Shown here in pieces: positions 10,752-20,869 of a DNA stretch of 64,000 nt (its first letter is position 1; each line of letters opens with the position of its first letter). The position numbers were made by a program, and so were the translations under genes. The stretch lies in sequence record SRR31156797_916; one strand, 5' to 3'. The notes beneath the pieces were generated by a model, which was given only the letters and a program-made list of their open reading frames with translations, made no database searches and was not told the DNA's origin.

Positions 10752-11303
10752 TTAATACTTTATAATTTGGTTTAATTCTATTTTAACTTCTTCCGGATAA
10801 TTGGGATTTTGCTTTTTATACCTAATTACTTCATGATATCCTATGAAATGTTTGTGAAGTAATGTCGATTTGATTTTTGCATCTTGTTTCGAATAACCCA
10901 TTTCCTGTAAAAGGTTGGTTGCATATTCTATCCTTTTATTGTCAATATCATCAATAATTAATTGAATTCTCTTTTCTTTTCTTGCGTATCTTTTTAAATA
11001 GAATGTGAAGTCGAAAAAAGGATCTTGCTTATATATAAGGGCCACATGTGTTTTAAATTTTTCTATCCCTGGCTTTTTGCTGCTAGTTAAGTTTATTATT
11101 CGCTCAGTTTCATTATTTACCCAAAACATTACCAACTGATCAATGAAATCTTTCTTAGTTTTAAAATGCCAATAAAAACTCGATTTGTTCACTTTCAAAA
11201 TTTTTGCCATTTTCTCGACATTAATTCCTGAAACTCCCTGGTCTGCAAAGAGTTTGTATCCCAGCTTTATCCAATCTTCTTTCTTTGCTACTATTTTGGG
11301 CAT
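10752..11303 (-). CDS. TetR/AcrR family transcriptional regulator
   Basis: N-terminal HTH: LFADQGVSGINVEKMAKILKVNKSSFYWHFKTK. Confidence 0.9.
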   Translation of the reverse strand: MPKIVAKKEDWIKLGYKLFADQGVSGINVEKMAKILKVNKSSFYWHFKTKKDFIDQLVMFWVNNETERIINLTSSKKPGIEKFKTHVALIYKQDPFFDFTFYLKRYARKEKRIQLIIDDIDNKRIEYATNLLQEMGYSKQDAKIKSTLLHKHFIGYHEVIRYKKQNPNYPEEVKIELNQIIKY

Positions 11304-11341
11304 ATTTATAGACGTTTGTGTTTAGTTATGATTGTAAAAAC

Positions 11342-11377
11342 AATATTTTATTAAACGATAGCGTTTAATAAAATATT
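11342..11377. promoter_or_regulatory. Probable TetR operator (perfect 16-bp inverted repeat)
   Basis: AATATTTTATTAAACG-ATAG-CGTTTAATAAAATATT, ~40 bp upstream of tetR; weaker copy TAGAC-N6-GTTTA at 11309-11324. Confidence 0.75.
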
Positions 11378-11684
11378 ATGTGTACAGATTAAATTTCATT
11401 AAAGCATTCAATTTCAATTATCTATATCAGGAAGTTTTTAGTTGAGTAAATTTTAGAATTTAGTCCTTCGTGGTTTTTAAATCCATCCTGATCAGTTTTC
11501 CAATCATTTTACTGCAAACATCTTCGATAATCCCAATGTATAGTGAATTAGTTGAAACAATATTGGCTGTGTTTAATTTTGGGGCTACCATATTGGATGT
11601 GTAACATATCCCAATAACCAAAAACCAAATAACCATTAAACAATAACAATTCCCCTCCCTATTTGAAATCGTTCTCATTAGTCG

Positions 11685-11692
11685 TACCTTTG
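11685..11692 (+). promoter_or_regulatory. Bacteroidota sigma70 -7 element for nadC
   Basis: TACCTTTG matches TAnnTTTG, 20 bp before the start codon. Confidence 0.6.
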
Positions 11693-11711
11693 CAGAAAAA
11701 TCGGGGACATT

Positions 11712-12557
11712 ATGATGACAATGGAAGAAATTATTAAAAATGCGTTAGCCGAAGACCTAGGCAATGGTGATCATACCTCACTTTCTACCATTCCTGAACA
11801 AGCCACAGGGCGTGCTGAACTCATGATTAAAGAGGACGGTGTTATTGCAGGAATTGAAGTGGCTAAAATGGTTTTTGAAGCTGTTGACCCGGATGTTAAA
11901 TTCATTGGTTTGATGGATGATGGCCAAAGGGTAAAAAAAGGCGATATCGTTTTTACTGTAGACGGAAAATCTATTTCTATACTTTCGGCTGAGCGGTTGG
12001 CGCTTAATTTCCTTCAGCGCATGAGTGGTATTGCCACCACCACCAGGTTGATGGCCGACAAGCTGGATGGCCTCAACACCAGCTTGCTTGACACTCGAAA
12101 AACCACACCCAATCTTCGCGCACTCGAAAAAATGGCTGTTAAGGCAGGGGGAGGTCAGAACCATCGATTCGGGCTTTTTGATATGATCCTCATCAAAGAC
12201 AATCACGTGGATTTTGCCGGAGGAATTATCCCTGCAATTGATGCCACACACAAATATCTGCAGGAAAAAGGGCTGTCACTGAAAATTGAGATTGAAGTCC
12301 GTGATTTTAACGAGCTTAATGAAGTTTTGGATAGGGGAGGCGTTGACCGCATTATGCTCGACAACTTTACAATTGACGGAACCCGAACTGCCGTTCAGCA
12401 AATAAATGGTCGCTACGAAACAGAAGCATCCGGAGGCATTAACCTGGAAAATGTACGCAGCTATGCCGAAACCGGTGTAGATTTTATTTCATCAGGGGCG
12501 CTCACCCATCAAATTAAAAGTCTGGACATGAGCCTGAAGGCGGTCCATCATTTTTAG
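11712..12557 (+). CDS. nadC: Quinolinate phosphoribosyltransferase (nicotinate-nucleotide diphosphorylase)
   Basis: ERLALNFLQRMSGIAT, DTRKTTP, HRFGLFDMILIKDNH, IMLDN, EASGG. Confidence 0.97.
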   Translation: MMTMEEIIKNALAEDLGNGDHTSLSTIPEQATGRAELMIKEDGVIAGIEVAKMVFEAVDPDVKFIGLMDDGQRVKKGDIVFTVDGKSISILSAERLALNFLQRMSGIATTTRLMADKLDGLNTSLLDTRKTTPNLRALEKMAVKAGGGQNHRFGLFDMILIKDNHVDFAGGIIPAIDATHKYLQEKGLSLKIEIEVRDFNELNEVLDRGGVDRIMLDNFTIDGTRTAVQQINGRYETEASGGINLENVRSYAETGVDFISSGALTHQIKSLDMSLKAVHHF

Positions 12558-12569
12558 AAATTTATTGTT

Positions 12570-13553
12570 TTGCTAAATCCAGATAATAAATATTTATCCA
12601 AGTTAGGGGATAAGACGGTTGTTTTCCTTCGCAACAGTGCAGCATATACCATTAGGCAATTGCGAAGGATTGTCCTTCCGGGGTTTGATAGAATTCCACT
12701 CTTTACAGTATTAACTTTTTTTATTAAGGGCCTGTTTGAAGGAAGGCTTACGCTACGTGCATCGGCCATTGCCTTTGATTTTTTCCTGGCGCTTTTTCCT
12801 GCTATTCTTGTATTTTTTACCATCATCCCTTTTGTTCCCATCGAAAATTTTCAGCCCACATTGCTGGAAACGTTGCACGATGTGATTCCGGAAACACTCT
12901 GGACACACGTTAATACCACCTTGATTGATATCATTACAAGACCACGTTCCGACTTGCTCTCGCTGGGTTTTATCCTTGCCTTGTATTTTTCAACCAACGG
13001 CATTAATACCATCATTGAGGGTTTTAATTCTACTTATCATGGGTTAGAAACCAGAAGCTGGTTCAGGCAGCGGCTTTTGTCGGTATTTCTGTTGTTTGTG
13101 ATTTCGATTATGGTGATCATTCTGATCTCTCTTTCCATTATTGGTGGTCACGTAATGAAATGGCTGGTTCGCGAAGAGATTCTCATGGATAGTTTCACAA
13201 TTATCATCATCCAGGTGATTCGATGGATATTGATCATTTCATTGTTTCTATTCACCAATTCATTTCTTTACTACCTGGCTCCGGCCGGGAAACGACAATT
13301 CCGGTTTATTTCTGCAGGGAGTACACTTTCAACGGTGTTGCTTATTCTCACCACTTACGGTTTCAATTTTTACATCGAAAACTTTGGGCGGTACAATGCA
13401 CTTTACGGGTCTATTGGAACCCTGCTTGTATTTATGCTGTGGATGTTTTTCAACTCCAATATTGTATTGATCGGATTTGAACTGAATGCCAGTATCCGCT
13501 CAGCAAAAGATGTAAAGAGCCAGGGCCCTAACATCCTAAAGCCTGAAGAATAA
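12570..13553 (+). CDS. YihY/virulence factor BrkB family membrane protein
   Basis: ASAIAFDFFLALFP, multiple TM helices, YNALYGSIG...GFELN. Confidence 0.9.
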   Translation: MLNPDNKYLSKLGDKTVVFLRNSAAYTIRQLRRIVLPGFDRIPLFTVLTFFIKGLFEGRLTLRASAIAFDFFLALFPAILVFFTIIPFVPIENFQPTLLETLHDVIPETLWTHVNTTLIDIITRPRSDLLSLGFILALYFSTNGINTIIEGFNSTYHGLETRSWFRQRLLSVFLLFVISIMVIILISLSIIGGHVMKWLVREEILMDSFTIIIIQVIRWILIISLFLFTNSFLYYLAPAGKRQFRFISAGSTLSTVLLILTTYGFNFYIENFGRYNALYGSIGTLLVFMLWMFFNSNIVLIGFELNASIRSAKDVKSQGPNILKPEE

Positions 13554-14762
13554 TCACTGTTTTACAAAGGAGCCTGATTGTATTTCATCGTTTTGATCAT
13601 ACAATCTATAGTGGTATATCCCGGGTGTAAAATCAGTAATTTCCAGCTTTAAATTTACGGCAGTATTACTCCATTTGTGTGTTGCAACTTTACTACCCTT
13701 TGGGGAATATATTATTAAAATGAGTGGGATGCCGGATTTATCCATGTTCTGAAAAATAATGTTGTTTTTGGCAGGATTGGGAAATACGCTGATTTGACTG
13801 TAATCATCCTTTGATGGCATTTCATCTATTGATGTGTTTAGATCTTTGTACAGAAGTATCCCCTCCTTCCCGGCCAAAAAGAGCCTATGCGTACTGTCCA
13901 TGTAGCAAAACTCATTCAGGTCTTTTGTAACACCGCTTTGTTCTTGTTCCCAGGTAAAACCGCCGTCAGAAGTGTGCAGGATCACACCATCTGTACCACA
14001 AACATAACCTTCAGAAGTTGATAAAAACAATGCACCCCGAAAATCTGCGTAATTCATCGAGATCATATTGTTCCATGAAATACCTCCATCGGTTGTTTTT
14101 AATAATGTGGAACTATGTCCGCATATATATCCGGTATCAATAGATGGGAAGGAAACCGATTTCAAATGAAGCTCCGTCTTTGTATCCATCTTAAACCAGC
14201 CATAGCCAGCGTTGGGTGTTTTGAAGGCTGTTCCCCCGTCGCCGACAACATATCCATTTAAATCATCGGAAAAACAGATGTCCCTGAGCCAGTAGCCATT
14301 TCCCATAATCCAGGGAATGGGATTCCAGGAAGTAAGGTATTCATTTGATTCAAACATCAACTCATCATCACCGCACACATAGGCTTTTTGGCCGGAGTAT
14401 ATGGCTGCTCCCCTCATACGGGTGTACAGATTTTCGAGCTCTTCCCAGGATTCCCCGTAATCCGCAGACCGAAGAATTTGTCCATAATCACTAACTGCGA
14501 TCGCTGTACTCACTTTCGCATCAACATGAGTAAGGGATTCATAGGTCCCATATTTTTCTGTCCATGACTCTCCATTGTCATCGCTGATGAGTACAGCGCC
14601 GCCTCCTGTGACACAAACCAGACGGTAGTTGTCGAATTTGGCAATTGAATTGATGTCATAATCGGTTCCTGTTTCTACTTCAACCCACTGGGCTAAAAGG
14701 CCCGTTGAGCAGCAAAGTGAAAGGAGTACAAAGACTGAAATGATGCGTGTTTTGTAGCTCAT
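13554..14762 (-). CDS. YCF48/BNR-repeat beta-propeller protein with T9SS CTD (paralog 1)
   Basis: Asp-box repeats SDDNGESW, SADYGESW, TTDGGISW, TSDGGFTW; CTD VFPNPAK...PGIYHY; start placed at MSYKTR. Confidence 0.8.
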   Translation of the reverse strand: MSYKTRIISVFVLLSLCCSTGLLAQWVEVETGTDYDINSIAKFDNYRLVCVTGGGAVLISDDNGESWTEKYGTYESLTHVDAKVSTAIAVSDYGQILRSADYGESWEELENLYTRMRGAAIYSGQKAYVCGDDELMFESNEYLTSWNPIPWIMGNGYWLRDICFSDDLNGYVVGDGGTAFKTPNAGYGWFKMDTKTELHLKSVSFPSIDTGYICGHSSTLLKTTDGGISWNNMISMNYADFRGALFLSTSEGYVCGTDGVILHTSDGGFTWEQEQSGVTKDLNEFCYMDSTHRLFLAGKEGILLYKDLNTSIDEMPSKDDYSQISVFPNPAKNNIIFQNMDKSGIPLILIIYSPKGSKVATHKWSNTAVNLKLEITDFTPGIYHYRLYDQNDEIQSGSFVKQ

Positions 14763-14941
14763 GATTTTTTTTTGTTTAGGTTCTTTTTTTTTCAAAATTA
14801 TGTCATGATTAGGTAAATTCCAAGTTTTTGGGATTAATTTACGGTTCGTGACATTCTATCAGGACTTGAATAGAACGCCAAAATGCGATCTGCCAATAAT
14901 CGAACAAGTCAGTATCCGAATAACCTAACGCCCGGGTAATA

Positions 14942-16147
14942 TTATTGCTTAATAAATGTTCCTGACTCGATTTCACCAGAGCTTCCTTCAAAACATACAT
15001 GGTATATTCCGGGATTAAGCTGACTAATATCGATAAACTGATCTTTCAACAGATCTGAAAGCATCATACTTTTTATCAGTGAACCATTGGAATTGTAAAT
15101 ATACAATCTGCCTGATCTCTCAGTAGTCATGTGGTTTAGGTTAATTACAACTGTATTTTTAGCCGGGTTAGGTTTAATAAACAGTTTATTACTAATGTCA
15201 TTATTGGATTCAGGAATTGAGACATCATCAAGATCCTTATATAATACTGTCCCCTCGTGACCAATAGCAATTAACCTTTTTATGGTGTCAAGATAATAGA
15301 ACTTGGTTAAGTCTGTACTTACTCCACTTAATTCCTGTTCCCACGTTGCACCGCCATCAAATGTATGCAAGATCACGCCATTCCATCCACAAATGTAACC
15401 CGTATCAGGGTTGAGAAACCAAGCTCCCCGCAGGTCATCTATGTTTGAATTAAGAACGTCCTCCCAGGTAATGCCACCATCGGTAGTTTTTAAAATCACG
15501 CTGTTATGACCACAAATGTATCCGGTATCTGGTGTTGGGAAAGAAATGGACATTAAATTTTCAGTGGTTTTGGTATTCATTTTAAACCAGCCATAACCGC
15601 CGTTTGGTGTTTTAAATGCTTGACCACCATCACCGGCAACATACCCGTTCATTGTGTCTGTAAAAGCGATGTCACGAAACCAGTATCCTTCACCAAAAAC
15701 GTATGGATTCGGGTTCCAGAATGAGAAGTTTTCAGATGATTCCCATAACAATTCACCCTGCCCACAGAGGTAAGCTTTATCATAATCATAAAATTCAGCT
15801 CCCCTGATTTGATAATCCAGGCTATGATTTTCCGACCAGGTTTCACCATAATCAACTGATGTATAAATGTTGCCAAAATCACTAACTGCAATAGCACGGT
15901 TGCCCCAGCAATCAAGGCCGGTTACTTTTTGGTAAGTCAGCGGGATATCCTGCCAGGTTTCTCCAAAGTCGTCACTAATTAATACACTTCCATTGTGAGA
16001 TGAACAGATTAACCTGTCATTGTCGAAAGCTGAAATCTTATACAAATTTGTACTTGTGCCAGTATTAACTTGCACCCATTGAGCCAGTAGGTTTGATGAA
16101 AGCGATAATAGGAGAATCCCTGCAATCGTTAAGATAATTTTTCTCAT
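14942..16147 (-). CDS. YCF48/BNR-repeat beta-propeller protein with T9SS CTD (paralog 2)
   Basis: SDDFGETW, SVDYGETW, TTDGGITW, TFDGGATW; CTD KPNPAK...PGIYH; colinear with the 13554..14762 product. Confidence 0.8.
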   Translation of the reverse strand: MRKIILTIAGILLLSLSSNLLAQWVQVNTGTSTNLYKISAFDNDRLICSSHNGSVLISDDFGETWQDIPLTYQKVTGLDCWGNRAIAVSDFGNIYTSVDYGETWSENHSLDYQIRGAEFYDYDKAYLCGQGELLWESSENFSFWNPNPYVFGEGYWFRDIAFTDTMNGYVAGDGGQAFKTPNGGYGWFKMNTKTTENLMSISFPTPDTGYICGHNSVILKTTDGGITWEDVLNSNIDDLRGAWFLNPDTGYICGWNGVILHTFDGGATWEQELSGVSTDLTKFYYLDTIKRLIAIGHEGTVLYKDLDDVSIPESNNDISNKLFIKPNPAKNTVVINLNHMTTERSGRLYIYNSNGSLIKSMMLSDLLKDQFIDISQLNPGIYHVCFEGSSGEIESGTFIKQ

Positions 16148-16310
16148 TGTTTTGTTTTTTTTAGTTTATTAATCTCAACAAAAATATTGAAGAATATTAT
16201 AAATAAAAATGAAAAATCAGTATTTATTTACCAATTGTAATTCAAATAGTCGTTTTATAAAAATTCCTTAATTAAACTAATTTTGTCACCCTTGCAAAAA
16301 TTTAGAGTTC

Positions 16311-17291
16311 ATGCTGATAACAAAAATCATTTTTATTGGTGGAGGAGCCATTGCCACGGCGTTGGGTAATGTCTTGGCTGCCAAACGTAACCTGGATGTT
16401 ACTATGCTTACCATTGAGCCTGAGGTTGAAGTTTCGGTGAATGAGAATCATGTCAATCAGAAATACTTTCCCAATATCAAATTGGATAACCAGCTAAAAG
16501 CTGTTGGAAGGATCGGTATTTTGGCTGAAAAAGCCATTGTTTTCATTGCAATACCATCGGTTGCAGTGGTGGATTTTTTATCAGCGCACAAAGTGCATCC
16601 GGACTCCACTTTGGTTAACCTGGCCAAAGGGTTTGGCAACGAACGCCGTACCATTTTTGAGTGCATCCAAAAGCTGTTTCCAAATCCGGTTTGCACCATG
16701 AAGGGGCCTTCGTTTGCCCGTGAGATCATCAATGGCCAGCCTACAGGCTTTACAGTTGGGGCTGAAGAGGAGTCATTATTTCAGGAATTAAATGCATTGT
16801 TTATAGATACATCGGTTCACCTGGATTATTCTCCGGATGTCCGTGGTGTTGAATTACTCAGCATCCTTAAGAATATTTATGCCATTGTTGTGGGTATTGT
16901 TGATGCCCAATTCGATTCGCCCAATATGAGATTCCTGATTTTTACCAAAGCATTCAATGAGATGCGGAGTTTACTGTTGCTTTTTGGTGGGGGTAAAAAA
17001 ACGCTTTTTAGTTATTGTGGCATTGGCGACTTTGCGCTAACTTCGCTAAACGATTTAAGCCGTAACCGTACACTTGGGCTTTTGATCGGGAAAGGATTTT
17101 TTACGGATGTGATCTCCGAAAAGGTAGTACTTGAAGGCCGGATCGCAGTGAATGTTTTCCATGAGGAAATTGCCAATATGGATGCCGATGTAAAAGATTT
17201 CCCGATTCTTGATGAACTTTATAAAGTTTTTAATACGGAATATGACATTTCTGCGTTTGTGGGGAAATTGTTAAACGGACATGTCCAATAA
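16311..17291 (+). CDS. gpsA: NAD(P)H-dependent glycerol-3-phosphate dehydrogenase family protein
   Basis: GGGAIATALG, AKG, GPSFA, LKNIYAI, GIGD...SRNR, EG motifs. Confidence 0.8.
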   Translation: MLITKIIFIGGGAIATALGNVLAAKRNLDVTMLTIEPEVEVSVNENHVNQKYFPNIKLDNQLKAVGRIGILAEKAIVFIAIPSVAVVDFLSAHKVHPDSTLVNLAKGFGNERRTIFECIQKLFPNPVCTMKGPSFAREIINGQPTGFTVGAEEESLFQELNALFIDTSVHLDYSPDVRGVELLSILKNIYAIVVGIVDAQFDSPNMRFLIFTKAFNEMRSLLLLFGGGKKTLFSYCGIGDFALTSLNDLSRNRTLGLLIGKGFFTDVISEKVVLEGRIAVNVFHEEIANMDADVKDFPILDELYKVFNTEYDISAFVGKLLNGHVQ

Positions 17292-17309
17292 TCCTAAATT
17301 ACCATCCCT

Positions 17310-18797
17310 GTGGGCGTAATTCAAAAGCAAAGTACGGCAGGTGTTATATGGTCCTACATAGGTGTAGGCCTTGGTTTTATCACCACAGTTTTTTTGTTTG
17401 TAAGGATTCTTACCCAGGCCGAAATTGGTTTGCTGCGGGTTTTGGTATCCTATGCTTCCATTTTAGGCATGATAGCCAGTCTTGGGATGAATGCGGTTAC
17501 CATTAAAATGTTCCCGCTTTTTAGAAATGATCGTGATAAACACCAGGGTTTTTTAGGGTTGGCCTTGTTTATTGTTCTGGTCGGCTTTGTATTTACGTCG
17601 ATAGGCTATGTGTTTTTGCGGGAGTATTTTGTTTCGGAAGCAGAGGAAAATTCTGCGCTTTTTATGCCGTTTTTCTACGCCGTTATTCCGTTGTCTCTCT
17701 TCATTATTTTGTTTGGTATTCTGGATTCCTACTACCGTATGCTGTTTAACGCGGTTAGAGGTATCGCAACAAAGGAAGTATACCAACGAATCGCCATTAT
17801 TTTTATCCTGGGGCTCTATTTTTTATCCATCGTCGATTTTGTCCAGATGGTATGGTTATATGTGGCTGCCTATGCACTGCCTGTTTTCCAGATGATCTGG
17901 TCACTGATGCGGGAAAAGAGATTCTTTATCAAACCAAACAAACCGTTTTTTAACCGTGAAATCCGCAGGGAAATTTTCAACGTGGGCATTTTTGGTATCC
18001 TGGCCAGTTTTTCTGCCAGGCTGGTTCAGTATATCGATATCATCATGATCAACGAATACCTTGGATTAAGCGATACCGGGGTTTATACGGTTAGCTTCTA
18101 TTTTGGTACATTAATTCTGATCCCGATGCGAACCATGCAAAAAATCGGTTCGACGGTGGTTTCTGAAGCCTGGAAAGATAACAACCTGAAAACCATCTCT
18201 GAGGTTTACACCAAAAGCAGCCTCACGCTGAGTGTGATAGGTGTTTTATTTTTAATCGGAATCTGGGGAAATATTGACAATGTGTTTCAGCTTATCGGGA
18301 AAGACTATAACGCCGGTAAATATGTTATCCTGTTCATTAGTCTGGCAAATTTGACAGATGTCTTTATGGGAATAAGCAATGCCATTATTGTAAATTCGAA
18401 ATACTACAGGTGGCAAACCTATATGCTCCTTACATTTACTGCAGCGCTTGTGATTACCAATATTTTACTTATTCCTGTATATGGTATTATTGGCGCTGCG
18501 ATAGCCTCATTGATTTCCAAGTTGTTCCTCAATCTGTTGAAATATGGTTTTATCTGGTTCAGGTTCAAAATCCAGCCATTTACATGGAAGCACCTGATGA
18601 TGTTGATTGTTGGGATTGCAGCCTGGTATATCAGTAATTTAATCCCTGCAATGCCAAATTATATTGTTGATATCCTGCTACGAAGTACAGCCATTTCTAT
18701 CTTGTTCCTGCTTCCGGTTTATTATCTCAATGTCTCTGGCGATCTGAATTCCAGGGCTGATGCAATTCTGGGCCGTTTTGGCATAAGGCTGCGATAA
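17310..18797 (+). CDS. Wzx-type polysaccharide flippase (MOP superfamily)
   Basis: GTG start, many TM helices; DIIMINEYLG...GVY and LIPVYGIIGAAIAS motifs. Confidence 0.85.
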   Translation: MGVIQKQSTAGVIWSYIGVGLGFITTVFLFVRILTQAEIGLLRVLVSYASILGMIASLGMNAVTIKMFPLFRNDRDKHQGFLGLALFIVLVGFVFTSIGYVFLREYFVSEAEENSALFMPFFYAVIPLSLFIILFGILDSYYRMLFNAVRGIATKEVYQRIAIIFILGLYFLSIVDFVQMVWLYVAAYALPVFQMIWSLMREKRFFIKPNKPFFNREIRREIFNVGIFGILASFSARLVQYIDIIMINEYLGLSDTGVYTVSFYFGTLILIPMRTMQKIGSTVVSEAWKDNNLKTISEVYTKSSLTLSVIGVLFLIGIWGNIDNVFQLIGKDYNAGKYVILFISLANLTDVFMGISNAIIVNSKYYRWQTYMLLTFTAALVITNILLIPVYGIIGAAIASLISKLFLNLLKYGFIWFRFKIQPFTWKHLMMLIVGIAAWYISNLIPAMPNYIVDILLRSTAISILFLLPVYYLNVSGDLNSRADAILGRFGIRLR

Positions 18798-18801
18798 GGT
18801 A

Positions 18802-19761
18802 TTAGAACTTATATCCAAATTGTTTTGCACGTTGCCGAACAAGGGGTTTGGCCTTTTTGATAATTTCATGTGCAAGGTGCGATTTCCATTTGTTTACCGA
18901 GCTTTGGCTGATGGGTTTATACAAGTTTTCGTGGTGACTGTGTGATTTTGCCCCAAGTGGATCAGCTATATTTTCCTGGTCAGAACGCTGATTTAGGTTT
19001 AGATCGGGCAGGTTAAGAAATTCCAGTATTTGTTGGCTAATAACTTCCGGAATTGCTACCAGCTCTTCATATTTAATTTCAATTACTTTACCGGGGTGGT
19101 TTTTTTTGAGCCACTCCAAAGCTCTGATACTGTCATTCCATTTCCAGCAGGCATATGCAGGGTTTGATGCCGGGTGATTTTTCATTTTTTGATAGCTGAG
19201 TACAACGTCCAGTGGATGTCTTACCAAAAAAATGAATCGTGCTTCGGGAAATTCTGCTGGAAGGAGTTTGTAGAACTGCGTTGTGACAGGAGAGTGGTCT
19301 CCGCAATACTTTATTTGCTTGTTAAATTTGGAAGCGTAGAATTTGAGAATCACAGTAAATATGTTAGCGGGATTCCTGAATTTATTTTCTAAAGAATTTA
19401 GCTGCCATGTAATAGCCTGATAGTCTTCTGCTGTCAGGGCCCAATGCTGGTTTTTGGAGCGGAATGCAAAAATTGTGGATTTGCAGAAAGCATTCCAGTC
19501 TATTGAATTTTTCATGTGCCACTGCATGATGACATAAGGCAGGGCATATTGCTCGGGGGGAAGAAAAATGTCAGGATGCCGGTTGAGCATAAGCGCCAAC
19601 AGGGTGCTTCCGTTCCTGCCCGACCCCATGATGAAAAATGGATTTGGATTGTCGGGAATTGCAACTTTATCCTTATTGCGGTTACCCAGCGTAACATTTT
19701 TTATTTGCATGATTGCCGGATAAAGAAATCGGTATTTTATTTTTTTTCTGAATGTCTCCAT
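18802..19761 (-). CDS. Sulfotransferase
   Basis: 5'-PSB GSGRNGSTLL; 3'-PB RHPLDVVLS; YEELV; KWK. Confidence 0.9.
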   Translation of the reverse strand: METFRKKIKYRFLYPAIMQIKNVTLGNRNKDKVAIPDNPNPFFIMGSGRNGSTLLALMLNRHPDIFLPPEQYALPYVIMQWHMKNSIDWNAFCKSTIFAFRSKNQHWALTAEDYQAITWQLNSLENKFRNPANIFTVILKFYASKFNKQIKYCGDHSPVTTQFYKLLPAEFPEARFIFLVRHPLDVVLSYQKMKNHPASNPAYACWKWNDSIRALEWLKKNHPGKVIEIKYEELVAIPEVISQQILEFLNLPDLNLNQRSDQENIADPLGAKSHSHHENLYKPISQSSVNKWKSHLAHEIIKKAKPLVRQRAKQFGYKF

Positions 19762-19820
19762 GGATTCCTTAACAATGTTGGCAATGCAAAACTATTTTGA
19801 AATTATTGTTATTTCAACAA

Positions 19821-20867
19821 TTATTGAATCGCTTCCAGAAGTACCTGCTTTCGTTTCTCTATGCTAAAATGATCAACAATATGCTTTCTGGTTGCTAAAC
19901 CTGATTTTTGATCTGTCTGTGCTGATGTGGCTTTTTTAATGAGCCTTTCCAGTTCCTGTTCATCTCTGGATTTCAAAACATATCCGGTATCTCCAATAAT
20001 TTCCGGAAGCATGTTTACCGACGAAACGATGGGGATGCATTCACACAACATGGCTTCACAAAGTGAAACACCGAATCCTTCGAATATTGATAACTGAAAA
20101 TGAAACTGCGACCTGCCATAGGCTTCCCGCAGCTGTTCAGGTGTTAGTCGCCCTAAAAACATCAGGTTATCAGGGCAGTTGGTTAGTTCCCCTGGTTGTT
20201 CGCATCCTACAATAGAAAATGTAAACTGTGGGAATTTCAATGCCATTTTGTAGATTAAATCGCCTCCTTTTAAAATGTATTGTTGCTGGTTGAAAACGGA
20301 AACAAAACTACCGGGTATTTTTTGGATGTGTTCGGATTTCTTCCAGAACACAGTATCTATTCCATTGTAAATGGTCTGATGTCCAGTTTTTAAATCCGGG
20401 AAAAAGTGCCTGAAACCTTGAAACGAAAAGGCATCATTGGCAAAGTAGGTGTTTTTAACCTTTACCAACGATTCACTCACCGGAAGTAACAAACTGCAAT
20501 TTTTGTAACTGATTTCACAGGCCTTCCTGATCCTTATTTTTCGCAGGCTGCCATAGTTAACCGTTGGAATGGATGCGCAGTCGGTGCCATTTAAAATGAT
20601 GAAGGAGGGTGTGCCAACCAGTTTCGCAATAATTGTTGGAATTACCGACCACAATCCGCCAAATGAAATGATGATAGCCTTAGATGATGGTGCCCTAAAC
20701 AAAAAAAATAGCAGTTGATGAAGCAAATAAAACGGGGCGTATTGTTTTTTCTTCCAGTTGTAGGTGTTTGTGATTACCCGGTATTGATCCGATAGTGCCC
20801 TGATATCGTTTTTAACAAACGAAGGCAACGAAGGCGCAACATAAATAATGGATTTCCTTTTTTTCAC
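19821..20867 (-). CDS. GT4 glycosyltransferase
   Basis: IYNGID, KGGD, EGFGVSLCEAM (EX7E). Confidence 0.9.
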   Translation of the reverse strand: MKKRKSIIYVAPSLPSFVKNDIRALSDQYRVITNTYNWKKKQYAPFYLLHQLLFFLFRAPSSKAIIISFGGLWSVIPTIIAKLVGTPSFIILNGTDCASIPTVNYGSLRKIRIRKACEISYKNCSLLLPVSESLVKVKNTYFANDAFSFQGFRHFFPDLKTGHQTIYNGIDTVFWKKSEHIQKIPGSFVSVFNQQQYILKGGDLIYKMALKFPQFTFSIVGCEQPGELTNCPDNLMFLGRLTPEQLREAYGRSQFHFQLSIFEGFGVSLCEAMLCECIPIVSSVNMLPEIIGDTGYVLKSRDEQELERLIKKATSAQTDQKSGLATRKHIVDHFSIEKRKQVLLEAIQ

Positions 20868-20869
20868 AA

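Noticed and set aside
11460-11678. 72-aa ORF divergent from nadC
   Set aside because: No recognisable family or motif; abuts the nadC promoter; cannot be supported as a gene.
14764-14793. Poly-T tracts upstream of the first propeller gene as phase-variation sites
   Set aside because: They lie upstream of the likely ATG (14762) and match the A-rich translation-initiation regions normal for Bacteroidota.
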